Source of the DNA: Chiloscyllium plagiosum
Lineage: Eukaryota
Assembly (NCBI RefSeq): GCF_004010195.1
Contig: NC_057739.1
Coordinates: 34,798,129 to 34,857,060, forward strand
DNA: 58,932 nucleotides
Direction of reading: 5' to 3'
The position numbers and the translations under genes were made by a program. Below, one piece after another: positions 22,730-34,579 of this stretch. Each line of letters opens with the position of its first letter. The stretch's first letter is position 1. Under the pieces are notes generated by a model. That model saw nothing but the letters and a program-made list of their open reading frames with translations. It did no database searches and had not been told where the DNA came from.

Positions 22730-25420
22730 AAATTGTTGCTGTCAGGGTTGTTGTCATGGGTGACTTCAACTTCTCGAATATTGATTGGAACCTCCTTAGT
22801 GCAAATAGTTTAGATGGAGCAGATTTTGTCAGGTGTGTCCAGGAAGGATTCCTGACTCAGTATGTAGATAGGCCAACTAGTGAGGAGGCCGTATTGGATT
22901 TGGCGCTTGGTAATGAACCAGACCAGGTGACAGATCTCTTGGGAGAGCATTTTTGACGATAGTGATCACAATTCTCTGACGTTTACTATAGTCATGGAGA
23001 AGGATAGGAGCAGATAGTATGGAAAAGTTTTTAATTGGAGGACAGGAAATTACAATGTTATTAGGCAGGAACTGTGGAGCATAAATTGGGAACAGCTGTT
23101 GTCAGGAGAATGCATAACAGGAATGTGGAGGTTGTTTAGGGAGCTATTTCTGCGAGTGCTTGATACCTTTGTCACACTGAGACAAGGAAGGGATGGTAAG
23201 GTGAAAGAACCTTGGATGACAAGAGATGTGGAACATCTAGTCAAGAGGAAGAACGAAGCTTACTTAAGATTGATGAAGCAAGGAACACAGGTCTCTAGAA
23301 GGTTACAAGGTAGCCAGGAAGGAACTGAAGAATGGACTTAGAGTCATAGAGATGTACAGCATGGATACAGACCCTTCGGTCCAATTCGTCCATGCCAACC
23401 AGATATCCTAATCTAATCTATTCCCATTTACCAGCACTTGACCTATATCCCTCTAAATCCTTCCTATTCATAAACCCATCCAGATGCCTTTTAAACGTTG
23501 TAATTGTACTGGCTTCCATCACTTCCTCTGGCAGCTCATTTCATACACGCACCACCCTTTGTGTGAAAAAGTTGCCCCTTAAGTCCCTTTTTAAATGTTT
23601 CCCCTTTCACCCTAAACCCAACATAGAGCTAGAAGGGTACATGAAAAAGCCCTGGAGGATAGTATTAAGGAAAATCCCAAGGCATTTACGCTTATGTGAG
23701 GAACAAGAGGATGGCAAGAGTGGGGGTAAGGCCGGTTAGGAATAATGGAGGGAACCTACGTCTGGAGTCGAAGGAGGTAGGAGAGGTCCTTAATAATACT
23801 TTGCTTCAGTATTCACTACTGAGAGGGACCTTGTTGTTTGTGTGGACAGTGTGAAACAGGCTGATATGCTCAAACAGGTTGATGTTAAAAACAAGGAAGT
23901 GCTGGAGATTTTGAAAAACATGAGGATAGATAAGTTCCCTGGGCCAGATGGGATATACCCAAGGTTGCTATGGAAGCAAGGGAAGAGATTGTTGCACTTT
24001 TAGCAATGATCTTTGTGTCCTCACTGTTCACTGGAGTAGTACCAGATGATTGGAGAGTGGCAAATGTTCTTGCCTTGTTCAAGAAAAGGATTAGGGCTAA
24101 CCCTAAGAATTACAGACCAGTCATCCTTACATTGGTGGTGGGCAAATATTGGAGAGGATTCTGAGAGACAGGATTTATGATTATTTGGAAAAGTATTGTT
24201 TGACTAGAGATAGTCGGCATAGTTTTGTGACGGACAGGGTATGCCTCACAAACCTTATTGAGTTCTTTGAGGATGTGACAAAACACATTGATGAAGGTAA
24301 GTGGATGTGGTGTATATGGACTTTAGCAAGGTGTTTGATAAGGTTACCCATGTTAGGCTTATTCAGAAAGTAAGGAGGCATGGGATACAGGGAAACTTGG
24401 CTATAGATACAGAATTGGCTGTCCCATTGAAGACAGAGAGTGGTAGTAGATGGAAAGTATTCAGCTTGGGACTTGGTGACCAGTTGTGTTCCACAGGGAA
24501 CTGTTCTGGGACCTCACTTTGTGACTTTTATAAATGACTTGGAAGAGGAAGTGGAAGGGTCCTTAGTGTGGAGGGCTGTTCTAGGATGCAACGGGACGTT
24601 GACAGGATGCAGAGCTGGACTGAGAAGTGGCAGATAGAGCTCAACATGGAAAAGTATGGAGTGATTAATTTTGAAAGATTGAATTTGAATGAAGAATACA
24701 GGGTTAAAGGCAGGATTCTTGGCAGTGTGGAGGAACAGAGAGACCTTAGGGTCCACATTCATAGATCCCTTAAAGTTGCCACCCAAGTTGATAGAGTTGT
24801 TAAGAAGATGTATGGTGTGTTGGCTTTCGTTAGCAAGGGGATTGAGTTTAAATGCCATGATGTTATGCTTCAGCTCTATAAAGCCCTGGTTAGACCATAC
24901 TTGGAATATTATGTTCAGTTCTCGTGACCTCATTATGCGAAGCTTATATGGAAGCTTTAGAGAGGGTGCAGAGGATGCTGCCTGGACTGGAGGGCATATC
25001 TTATGAAGAAAGGTTCAGGGAGCTAGGGCTTTTCTAATTGGAGCGAAGAAGGATGAGCGGTAAACTTGATAGAGGTGTAAAAGATGATGGGATGCATAGA
25101 TAGAGTGGATAGCCAGAGACTTTTTCCCAGGGTGAATATGGCTATCCCAAGGGAGCATAATTTTAAGGTGATTGGAGGAAGGTTTGGGGAGATGTCAGAG
25201 GTAGGTTCTTTGCACAGAAAGTGGTGGGTGCGCGGAATGCACTACCAGCAGTGGTAGTAGAGTCAGATGCATTAGGGACATGCAAGTGACTCTTGAATAG
25301 GCACGTGGATGATAATAACATGAAGGGTGTGTAGGTCATTTTCATTTTAGAGTAGGATAAAAGGTTGGCACAACATTGAGGGATGAACGGCCTATACTGT
25401 GTTGGACTGTTCTATGTTCT
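22730..25420 (+). mobile_element. Long decayed CR1-type LINE ORF2 with nested antisense CR1 3' fragment (23341-23618)
   Basis: MGDFNFSNIDW endonuclease motif, PDDWRVANV, NYRPV, YMDFSKVFDKV, VPQGTVLGP, LYKALVRPYLEY; many frameshifts. Confidence 0.9.
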
Positions 25421-26829
25421 TAAAAGTGCAGAGTAATTTGAGAAATTAAATTTCAAGATAAAATGGTGAGCAGATTTTAAAACTTTGAAGAAATAATGGG
25501 AAAGGGACCTTGGGAATACAGTGTGCTGAAGATTGTGTCTTTTGACCTGAGTTGAGAACTAAGGTGATCATTGCACATGTATAATGGTGGCAAAATTCTG
25601 AACAAAAAAAAAGGAATTTTGGTAACTCTTAATAAGTCACAAGTTAAGCCTCAACTGAAGAGCTGTGTTGTCTAGAATTGGGCAGGCTTTAGAAAAGAAT
25701 TATTTTGAAAGTGTACAGAGAAGATTTATCTGTACAATCAGTTCAGTTTCATGGAGAGATGTAGGAAGCTGCAGTCGTCTCATAAGAGCAGAGAAGGCAA
25801 TTGGGAGAGTTGATACCAGTGTTAAAAATCTTAAGGGCTTTTGGTAGAGTAGATGTTGAGAAAACTAGCTGATTCTACGGCAAAAGGGTCACTAACTCGA
25901 GGGGGAAGATTTAGCATAGGTAGCCAAAATTGTTTTTTTTTTGTTTAAAAGTTATGATCTGAAATGCACCACCCCAAAAAAGTGAAATAAACATAATAGT
26001 GTTTAAAAAAGAATTGGATAAACTGTAAAATGAAAATTATGTTAGACTGGAAATAGTGAATGGGACTTACTGAATAGTTCTTTGAAAGAGCTGTCACAGA
26101 TGCAGTGGACTACAATGCTTCCTACATTGTTGATCCTAAAATTAAAGCTGCAGGAATTCTGCCCTTAATGTCAAGCAAGTATCCAGTTGAATATTTTAAA
26201 ATGTTTTGTAATGGAAAAGATAGGGATGTAGAGCTAGGATCCATCAGTTCCTGTGTTGAAACTGAACCTGTACTTCTGTATATCTTTAATGAAGATCATT
26301 TAAAGCAGAAGAAAAAAAAGACCAAGAAGCTATGGGCTTTTTTTTCCTCTCCATTTTGGAGGCAGGGGAGGTGAAACCATCAAAAACGTTATGCATTTAT
26401 TGTGATAAATATAACAAAGCCAAGAGACTGCAACGCAATGGAGTTGATTCACTGTGTGATGTTAGAGTCAAAGTTGGTGAGACAGATGACAAAGATAGAC
26501 AATAATTAGTAGGCACAATGGAATAGAACAGGCAGAAGTTGGTTTCATATTAGTGGAGGACAAGCTTTATTTTTCTGCTTTTTAGGAGAGGAGAATTGCC
26601 CTCCTTATGTGGTTTGGTCTTGATGTGAACTTGACCACCACACTAACATAGTTGATTCTTAATTGTGCTCTCAAAAGGCTTTACAAATTGCTTATCAAAC
26701 CTTAGAAGATACACGACTAATACCTTCCACGAACACCTTTTCAGGGACATTACAGATGCGCAATAAGTACTGTTCTCAACATTTAATTAAGACTTCTACT
26801 TCCTGTGTAGTGAACTCTGGATTTTTTTT

Positions 26830-27130
26830 AAAATTTGCTCATTGGAGCTTGGGCATTGCTGGCGAGGCCATCCCTAATTACCCTGGAGTAGGTAGGTGAT
26901 AGTGAGCTACCTTCCTGAAATGCTGAAGTTCATAGTTACACCCACTGTGCTGTTAGGAAGGGAGTTCCAGGATTTTGACTCAATGCGCAATAGTGAAGGA
27001 ACAGTGAAATTGATCTAAGTCAGGAGGGTGTGTGGCTTGAAAAGGAACTTGTAGATTGTGGTGTTCCCATACATCTACTGCCTTTCTAGGCGTTGGACCT
27101 GTTGGGCTTGGTAGGTGATGAAGGATGAAA
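26830..27130 (-). mobile_element. Old CR1/L2-group LINE 3' fragment
   Basis: Same tail family as 9010-10445. Confidence 0.6.
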
Positions 27131-27258
27131 CTTGGATGGAGCACAGCTGAAGACAATATCAGCCTGCAATAATTACTATAAAATTCAAAAAGTTTTTCAT
27201 TACTCTTGTCATCTGACATTTGGATGTTCCATTGGAGTCTGGACAGAAACCATAGAAC

Positions 27259-27385
27259 AGGAGAATCGACGTTTCGGGCATGAGCGTCGATTCTCCTGCT
27301 CCTTGAATGCTGCCTGACCTGCTGCACTTTTCCAGCAACACATTTTCAGCTCTGATCTCCAGCATCTGCAGTCCTCACTTTCTCC
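27259..27385 (+). mobile_element. 127-bp PLE-derived mini-element with short inverted 5' part
   Basis: 15-bp TSD CAGAAACCATAGAAC (27244-27258, 27386-27400); same 3' end as the 7493 and 34205 elements. Confidence 0.85.
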
Positions 27386-27401
27386 CAGAAACCATAGAAC
27401 T

Positions 27402-27765
27402 GTGTCACAACATGGCTTGGAAAGGGTGGACGTTAAGAAATTGTTTCCGTTAGGCGGGGAGATTAGGACCCATGGGCACAGCCTTAGAATTAGAGGGGGT
27501 CAATTCAGAACAGAAATACGGAGACATTTCTTCAGCCAGAGAGTGGTGGGCCTGTGGAATTCATTGCCGCGGAGTGCAGTGGAGGCCGTGGCGCTAAATG
27601 TCTTCAAGGCAGAGATTGATAAATTCTTGATGTCACAAGGAATTAAAGGCTACGGGGAGAATGCGGGTAAGTGGAGTTGAAATGCCCATCAGCCATGATT
27701 AAATGGCGGAGTGGACTCGATGGGCCGAATGGCCTTACTTCCACTCCTTTGTCTTATGGTCTTAT
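27402..27765 (+). mobile_element. CR1-type LINE 3' end (relatively young, CpGs retained)
   Basis: RTHGHSL, RHFFSQRVVGLWNSLP; CR1 3' UTR. Confidence 0.9.
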
Positions 27766-28356
27766 AACAGGAAATAACTGTCCAACCTAGTCCTGCTGAT
27801 TATACAGATGTGTAAAATATTCAAATGAAATTTTGAGAGTTTTTGTATGTAGAATTGATGGACTTACAAAAGGAATAAGGAATTGGTAGGTTTTGCTGTT
27901 TGTTGGTTTCATTCACCATCTTAATATAATTCTACATTAGAGATCTATTTCATCATGACATTTTCCTCTGCTGGACTTGGAAATGTGTGCAACTGTGTGA
28001 CAAAATATTTTGAATGATCCTGTTGCAAATGCGTAAAAGAATCTCTCGATAATTTGCTAAGGGAGGAAAAAAGTAATTGAACTTTTGTATCATGCAAATA
28101 CTTGTTTGGTTCAGACAATTTTTTTTTCCCCGTTTTTAGCAATAAGAAGAGAACAATCAAAGAGGCAGCAGCATGATGTGATATTTACTACAAAAGGCGG
28201 AAGCAGGGCGACAACACAAAGAAAGAAACATTCTCTGACGTCATTGAAAGCTCTCTTCCAGAGACTGCTACCATAGAAACTGACCAAGAGGTGCTTATCC
28301 CAGTTTAGCAGAGTCAGGTATACAGAAGCAGAAGAAAAAGATTGAAAAAATCTTCC

Positions 28357-29442
28357 AAGACTGTTACAATGGACACGGAACAAAATTTAAACACTCAATT
28401 GTATGTAGGTAATAGTGAAAAGAAACATAAGAAAAAGAAAGGATATTCTGCTTTGTTGTCGAAGTATGATAATTTGGAGACTGTTACAGTAGACACAAAA
28501 CACGACTTAAGCGATTTTCTGTGTGTAGGTAACAGCAAAAAGAAACAGAAAAGAAAGAAAAACCATTCTGCATCATTAGAGGGCTGTGATAGTTCAGAGA
28601 TACATACAGTGGACAGTGAACAAGACATAAAAAATCTCCTGTTTGTAGATAACAGTGAAAAGAAACATAAGAAGAAAAAGGATTGTTCTGCTTTGTTATT
28701 GGGGTATGATCATCTCGAGACTGTTCCAGCAGACGTTGAACAAGACTTAAACCATTTCACATCTGTAGGTAATAGCGGAAAAAAAAGGAAGAAAAAGAAA
28801 GACTGTTCTGCATCATTAACGGGCTGTGACAGTTCAGAGATACATACAGTGGACAGTGATCGAGACATAAACAATCTTCTGTTTGTAGGTAAAAGTGCAA
28901 AGAAACATCAGATAAAGCATTTTTCTGATTTATCATCAGGATATGATAATGTAGAGACTGTTACAGCAGAGAATGAACAAGACTTAAACCATTTCACATC
29001 TGTAAGTAATAGCGGAAAAAAACGGAAGGAAAAGAGAGGCCATTCTGCATCATTAGGGGGCAGTAACAGTTCAGAGATGCATGCAGTGGACAGTGAACAA
29101 GGCTTAAACAATATCCTGTTTGTCGATAATAGTGAACAGAAACATAAGAAGAAAAAAGATTGTTCTGCTTTGTTATTGGGCTATGATAATCTTGAGACTG
29201 TTCCAGCAGACACTGAACAGAACTTAAACCATTTCATGTCCATAGGTAATAGCGGAAAGAAACAGAAGAAAAAGAAAGATGCTTCTGCGTCATTGGGGGG
29301 ATGTGATAGTTCAGAGATACACACAGTGGACAGTGATCAAGACATAAACAATCTCCTGCTTGTAGATAATTGCGAAAAGGAATGGAAGCATCAGAAAAAT
29401 AAGAGGCGCAATTCTAAATTGGGAAATAAAGATGATGACTCA
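28357..29442 (+). repeat. TTF1: Coding tandem repeat: 9 units of 120 bp (40 aa) alternating A/B (240-bp higher-order), degenerate units to about 29718
   Basis: ETVxxDxEQDLNHF..GNSGKKxKKKK..SASLxGCDSS alternates with EIHTVDSEQDIxNLLFVDNSEKKHKKKKDCSALLLGYDxL. Confidence 0.95.
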
Positions 29443-30871
29443 GATATGCAAAACCCCTGCAAATCTGATCTTGGTGAAAATAAACTACAGGGGAAGAAGA
29501 AAAAATATGCCGTAGCATTAGAACCATGTGATGTTTCAGAGACTGTTTTGGTTGATGATCAAGACTTACAAATTTTCCAGCTTCCACAGAGTAATAAAAA
29601 CAAACTGAAGAAAAGGAAAAAAGACAGAAACAGTTCAATATTCAGTGAAGAATGCGACAGTTCAGATATGCAAAATCTTCAGTTAGGAGGTAATGGTGAG
29701 AAAAGAAAAAAAAATCATCTTTGTGGGTCACTGATAACGGAGGCTACAACGCACATGAGCTCTACAGAGATGAAGAAAGAGGGTCAACATTCTGAGTTGA
29801 TGGGTAATCAAGGAAACCAAATGAATAAACTAATACATCATTCCTACTCAGGTGAGACTGGTGTTTCAGTCTCTGCGGTAAAGACTAAACAAATACTGCA
29901 AAATGCCGGATTAGTGGAAAATGGTGATAATGAAAGAGACCCCCATGTCACGGCAGTAAAAACTGCTAAAGAGATTACAACAAAAGAGACCCCGCACACA
30001 ATACGGAATCCTGAGTTACTGACTAAAAGCAAGTGTCATTCCCATCGAACAGAAGAAAGAGTTAGGAAAAACTATTGTAAATCAGCAGAAGGTAGTGACG
30101 ATTTGGAGACTTGTGCAGAGGCTCATCTAGAAAGTGCAATATCAGCATATGTTGGTGTTGATACAGAAACATCAACCAAAAAATGCAAAAGGAGAAAAAA
30201 GAAAATGCAGTTTGAGAACATAAACAGAGATGTCCCCCCCAGTGGATCTGAAATTCCTCAAAAGCCTATCAAGCAATGTAAAATAAGCAACATTTTGTCA
30301 TTTGGAAATTATAGTGCAGACTTACTGGGAATAAATAATAAATCTTTCCAGAAACCTAAATTAAGTTGCAATGGAAGTGAAAATGTAGAGAAAGAAGCAA
30401 AAGTACCTTCCAAGGCTGTGAATATTAGTGGCGTTGCAGCAATCACTGGAGAGCAGATTGAGCAAATAGTGCATGATTCTAGCACCACTTGTGAAGAAAC
30501 TGTTAAAACCTCCAAGAACTACATACAAAAGAGAGGCCGTCCACTTGGATGTAAGAATTCTGGCAGACCCAAAAAATTGACGCAGGATGGAACTACACAG
30601 TCTCCTGCAACTTTAAGAAGACAGAAAAATAAACAGCCACAGCAGCGTATGACAGAACTTAATAATAATGCTAGCATCACAACTGTTGAGAACTTTAAGT
30701 TGGAGGAAGTGCCTGTTTGTCAAGATAAAGCTAAATGTAGTCAGATGGACAAATCAAAATTGACTGAGCTGCTTAAGGACTATATCCCTAATGTGGAAAA
30801 GCTGACAAATGATACGCTGTATAGCATATATAAATATGACCTTCCAAGGTTTCAAAAGTTTAAAGCTGAAG
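28369..30871 (+). CDS. TTF1: TTF1 coding exon 1 (exon probably starts at 28140); repeat-rich N-terminal region
   Basis: 2.5-kb open frame; strong Kozak acaATGG; ends LLKDYIPNV..YKYDLPRFQKFKAEG (recalled human DDLERFKEFKAQG) at GAA G|GTAAG; acceptor ttttttccccgtttttag at 28139. Confidence 0.9.
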
Positions 30872-32629
30872 GTAAGACTAATCACAGAACTATTGCTTTA
30901 TTCACTTAGCAATACCAAGATTTATTGCTGAACAATTTGTTGGATAATCTTAGTCTTTCAGTTATAAAGTTCTGGTTCAATATATTGTGGAAACCGAGAT
31001 TATTTAACATTATATGGGGAGGTATTGATGTTCTGAAATGTTAAACAAATGCTTAAAGAGTTCGCAATCAAAGTTATTCAACATCTTCATAGGGCAGATT
31101 TCCTCTGGTGTTGTCATTGCCTGCTGGAGACTTTTTATAAGAATGGTTGTTATGGCAAGCATCTTTCCAAGGGAAATTAATTATTCTCCTCAGAAACACA
31201 CTAGGATAAGTATAAGCAGTGTTCTTCAATTGTGTTTCTAACTTTTTAGGGACAGTTGGATGGGATTATTTGGAGAAGGGGATTCTGGAATAAGGTGACA
31301 TTAAAGAAGGAGGTTTTGGGGTCTGATAAAATTTGGAAATTCCAAGAGAACAATCCAACAGTTTGTGAAAAATATAAAGAATCCTGCGATTTGAATGTGA
31401 GGAGCAGTGGTGAAATGGATAGGAGAGGGGGGCAGGGGGAGTTGGAGTTTGGAAGAGAGTCCTCCAAAGGGAATGAGTGCCTTAAATGGAAATTTTGTCA
31501 GATTTAAAAAGTGGAAGCTGTCATTGTTGTGAAGGAATTGAAGATTCAGTATAACATTTATGGCAGAGGCTGGGAGACCAATGGAATGTGCCAATTAATG
31601 TTTGTACTCAAGATATTTATTTGTTCTCAATAATACTTGTGTTCAGGAGCTTAGTGTTCATAAAGCAATAATCAATGTTAATGAATCTTGCAATATGACT
31701 TCCACCCTTCTCGGCTGTTTATGGCCTGCCTGATTGGAATGCTGCGCTTAAACAGCAGTTTTCCACCATTTAATTGTAAGGATGGGTGGACTATGTGTAA
31801 TTCCCTGGATATTTTTAGAAACCACTGTATGAGTGCGTAAGTTTGTACCTCTTTTTGTGAAGGTGGAACAAGGTTAACAGTGTGTTTGGTGTGCACAGAG
31901 CAGCTGCCTTGGAGATCCTGGGTGAGCTGTTTATACCGCACCATATAGAAACATGTTGTCAAATAGGAGGATGGATGAGTCAAATTCCATTCTGCTTTAA
32001 ATGATAACAAACAATATTTATATTTTTAATGACATTTTTAAATATCTCAATTGTTCGCTTGGTATTGTTTAATTGTTAATGTTTTGCTCACCAGCTTATC
32101 TAGTGCCATCATTTAGAAAGTTGTGAAAAGTGGAGTTTGAAGGGGATGAATTATTTTAAAGAATTACACCTTGAGGATTGTGACTGCAGAAATAATTTTT
32201 ACCATTTGTAGGATTTCTCTGTACATTACTAAAGATATTTGGTAAATAATCTATAATTGCCCATCAATTATTACCTCTGAATTAGAAGGAACATTATGTA
32301 TTACTTTGAGACATCCTTCCTTCCTAAACAAGCGGATAAAATGCATTTGACCATACTGTATTCCATCCTTATGCACTGTAATGAAGTGTCTGTCTAGATT
32401 TCCTAGCCCACAGTAGATCATAAACTTGGAATGTTCAACGCTATGGTGAGATGTACCAGCTTAAATAAACAGACTTGTGATTATTCCCAACCTGCTTTAA
32501 ATTAGACTCCATTAATTTCTTCACTGTGCTACCATCCTGCACTGAGGCAATATTCTATTTATCTATTAAAGTCAATCAAGAATACTCTGCTGTGACAGTT
32601 CAAATTAGGTGGTCAGATATTTATGCTCA

Positions 32630-32975
32630 TGGCTTATTGGTAGCATCCTTCAACTTTACAGACTTGACTGCAAAATCTTGTACTGTAGTCCAGTACTGAG
32701 GGAGTGTTGCATTGTCAGAGGTGCCTGCTTTCATATGTTAAATTGAGACCCTTTCTGCTCACTTAGGTTCACATAACAAATCCTATGATAAGAAATACGG
32801 ATGTCCTAGTCAATATTCATCCCTTGCAAAGCTTCACTAAAAACATCCTCTATTATCACTTAGCTTTTTGTGGCAGTTTATTGTCTGCATTATAGTGACC
32901 AACCTTCCAAAAATAAATTACTTAATTGGTGGTAAAATACTTAGGGGTCGTGAAAGGTGCTATGTCATAGCAGGT
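32630..32975 (+). mobile_element. Deu-domain SINE (AmnSINE1/SacSINE1-like) remnant
   Basis: gtactgagggagtgttgcattgtcagaggtgcc...gtcctagtcaatattcatccc resembles the Deu domain. Confidence 0.7.
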
Positions 32976-33013
32976 TTTCATTACTTTCCTACTGAACCTT
33001 CTCCCATTTATAC

Positions 33014-33725
33014 TATTATGACACGGCGTAAACCCTCCTGCTTAATTTAAACCAGCAACACAGAAGAGACTTATCCCATGCAGTAATCTGTGAAAATTCA
33101 AGAGGCCAAGAACAATTTAAAGTAAACATTAACAACTTTATTTCTCGAAGTATAACAGAGAATAATTAACTGACAACTATTTACAATTCCTTCCTCTAAC
33201 CTATCTTTTAATTTCCCTTCTGTAATACTAGTCCAATAAAACCCCCAATTAAGATTTACTGAAAAATTCAAATTTGAAAACCAGCCAATGGTAGAATATT
33301 CTCGTTATGTCTTCCTCTGTTGATTTGCTCTCCAGGTCAGTGTTGATGTTTTTTCTCTGTGCAAACTCCTTCCCTAGACAGGTACCTCTTCGAGAGTTCT
33401 GACTAGCAGCCTACATCTGTTGGTCTTTTGGTAGTTCTCTCCCAACTGTTCATTTTTTTTTCATGGTCTTATACACCCAAAGCATTGGATTGTGTCATTG
33501 GCTTTTAATATTGTCAATATACTAAATTCAAAATTGATTGGAATTTGGTTTTTGTTTGGGTATAATTTAAACTGATTGGCTTAATTCAAACTTGTTTTTG
33601 CCTCCAGGAAACCAGCTACACTGAATATGTTATATTGTTCCTTATTCAGAACACTTGGTGCGATCAGGTAGTGCTGCAAGCTTTTGACTCTCTTAAAGAT
33701 ACAGTACACTCACATCTTCATAACA
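33014..33725 (-). mobile_element. Solo LTR (712 bp), antisense in a TTF1 intron
   Basis: Ends TATTATGA/TCATAACA (TGTTATGA with one change); flanks ATAC/GTAC; on - strand several CCAAT (about 33484-33580), TATAAG about 33468-33473, AATAAA 33142-33137. Confidence 0.7.
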
Positions 33726-33827
33726 GTACAAAGCTAAGAAGTGAATTTAGTGCTAAATATAACTTGTACTTGTTTTTAAAAGACTTTTCTTAAACTGGAA
33801 TTATTGTATAATTTGTCCTCTGTGTAG

Positions 33828-34013
33828 GAATTTCCATCCGCCAAGGCAAGTTTACTGAGCAAGAGAATCAACAATTGCAGAAAAACCTGAAGGAATTAAT
33901 GGAGCTAACTGGAATTCGAAATGAATGGGACCTGTTACATGTTCCTGAATCCGTTGAGGAGATGTTAAGAATTAGACGGCTGAAACAGAATAATTTATTC
34001 TGTTGCAAACTAG
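33828..34013 (+). CDS. TTF1: TTF1 coding exon 2
   Basis: GISIRQGKFTEQENQQLQKNLKELMELTGI...FCCKL; tag/gtattt; phase 1-1, 186 bp. Confidence 0.93.
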
Positions 34014-34204
34014 GTATTTCTATAGGTCTAATTTCATTTTTATGCCTATATTATTGTATATATTAGCAGTGGATATGTCTCATTTTTGAGGTTTGCAGCA
34101 TCTGACAACCATCTCGTCCAGGTACTTATACTGATTGCACTCCTTTTATACCTGTTGAGCAATAGTTATTTACAAATCTTCTTGTTGCTGCCAGTAATAT
34201 CTTA

Positions 34205-34416
34205 GCTGAAAATGTGTTGCTGGAAAAGCGCAGCAGGTCAGGCAGCATCCAAGGAACAGGAGAATCGACGTTTCGGGCATAAGCCCTTCTTCAGGAATGA
34301 AGGGCTTATGCCCGAAACATTGATTCTCCTGTTCCTTGGATGCTGCCTGACATGCTGCGCTTTTCCAGCAACACATTTTCAGCTCTGACCTCCTGCATCT
34401 GCAGCCCTCACTTTCT
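34205..34416. mobile_element. PLE-derived palindromic mini-element with hammerhead
   Basis: 86-bp inverted arms 34204-34289/34299-34384; TSD CTGCCAGTAATATCTTA (34188-34204, 34417-34433). Confidence 0.88.
34261..34298 (-). ncRNA. Minimal type I hammerhead ribozyme motif (intact core)
   Basis: - strand CTGAAGA-A-GGGC(TTAT)GCCC-GAAAC-GTC at 34294-34267. Confidence 0.7.
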
Positions 34417-34500
34417 CTGCCAGTAATATCTTACTCAATTTCACTTCCCTTACTTGCATTCAAAATTAATTTTATATATTTGAAAATTTCCTTTTTATAG

Positions 34501-34579
34501 CTGAAAATATTCCAAGACCATGGAAGTGTGTTTATCAGCGAGCTAAGAGAATGTATCACCCTCATCGATGTAAAGGCAG
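34501..34579 (+). CDS. TTF1: TTF1 coding exon 3
   Basis: AENIPRPWKCVYQRAKRMYHPHRCKGR (recalled human RNIARPWKLIYYRAKKMF..YKGR); 79 bp, phase 1-2. Confidence 0.94.

Noticed and set aside
28357-29442. Regularly spaced repeats as a CRISPR-like array
   Set aside because: Eukaryotic coding tandem repeat with no unique spacers
28342-30909. 855-aa ORF as a single-exon gene starting at TTG
   Set aside because: First ATG is at 28369 and the exon ends at the 30871 donor; the final residues are intronic
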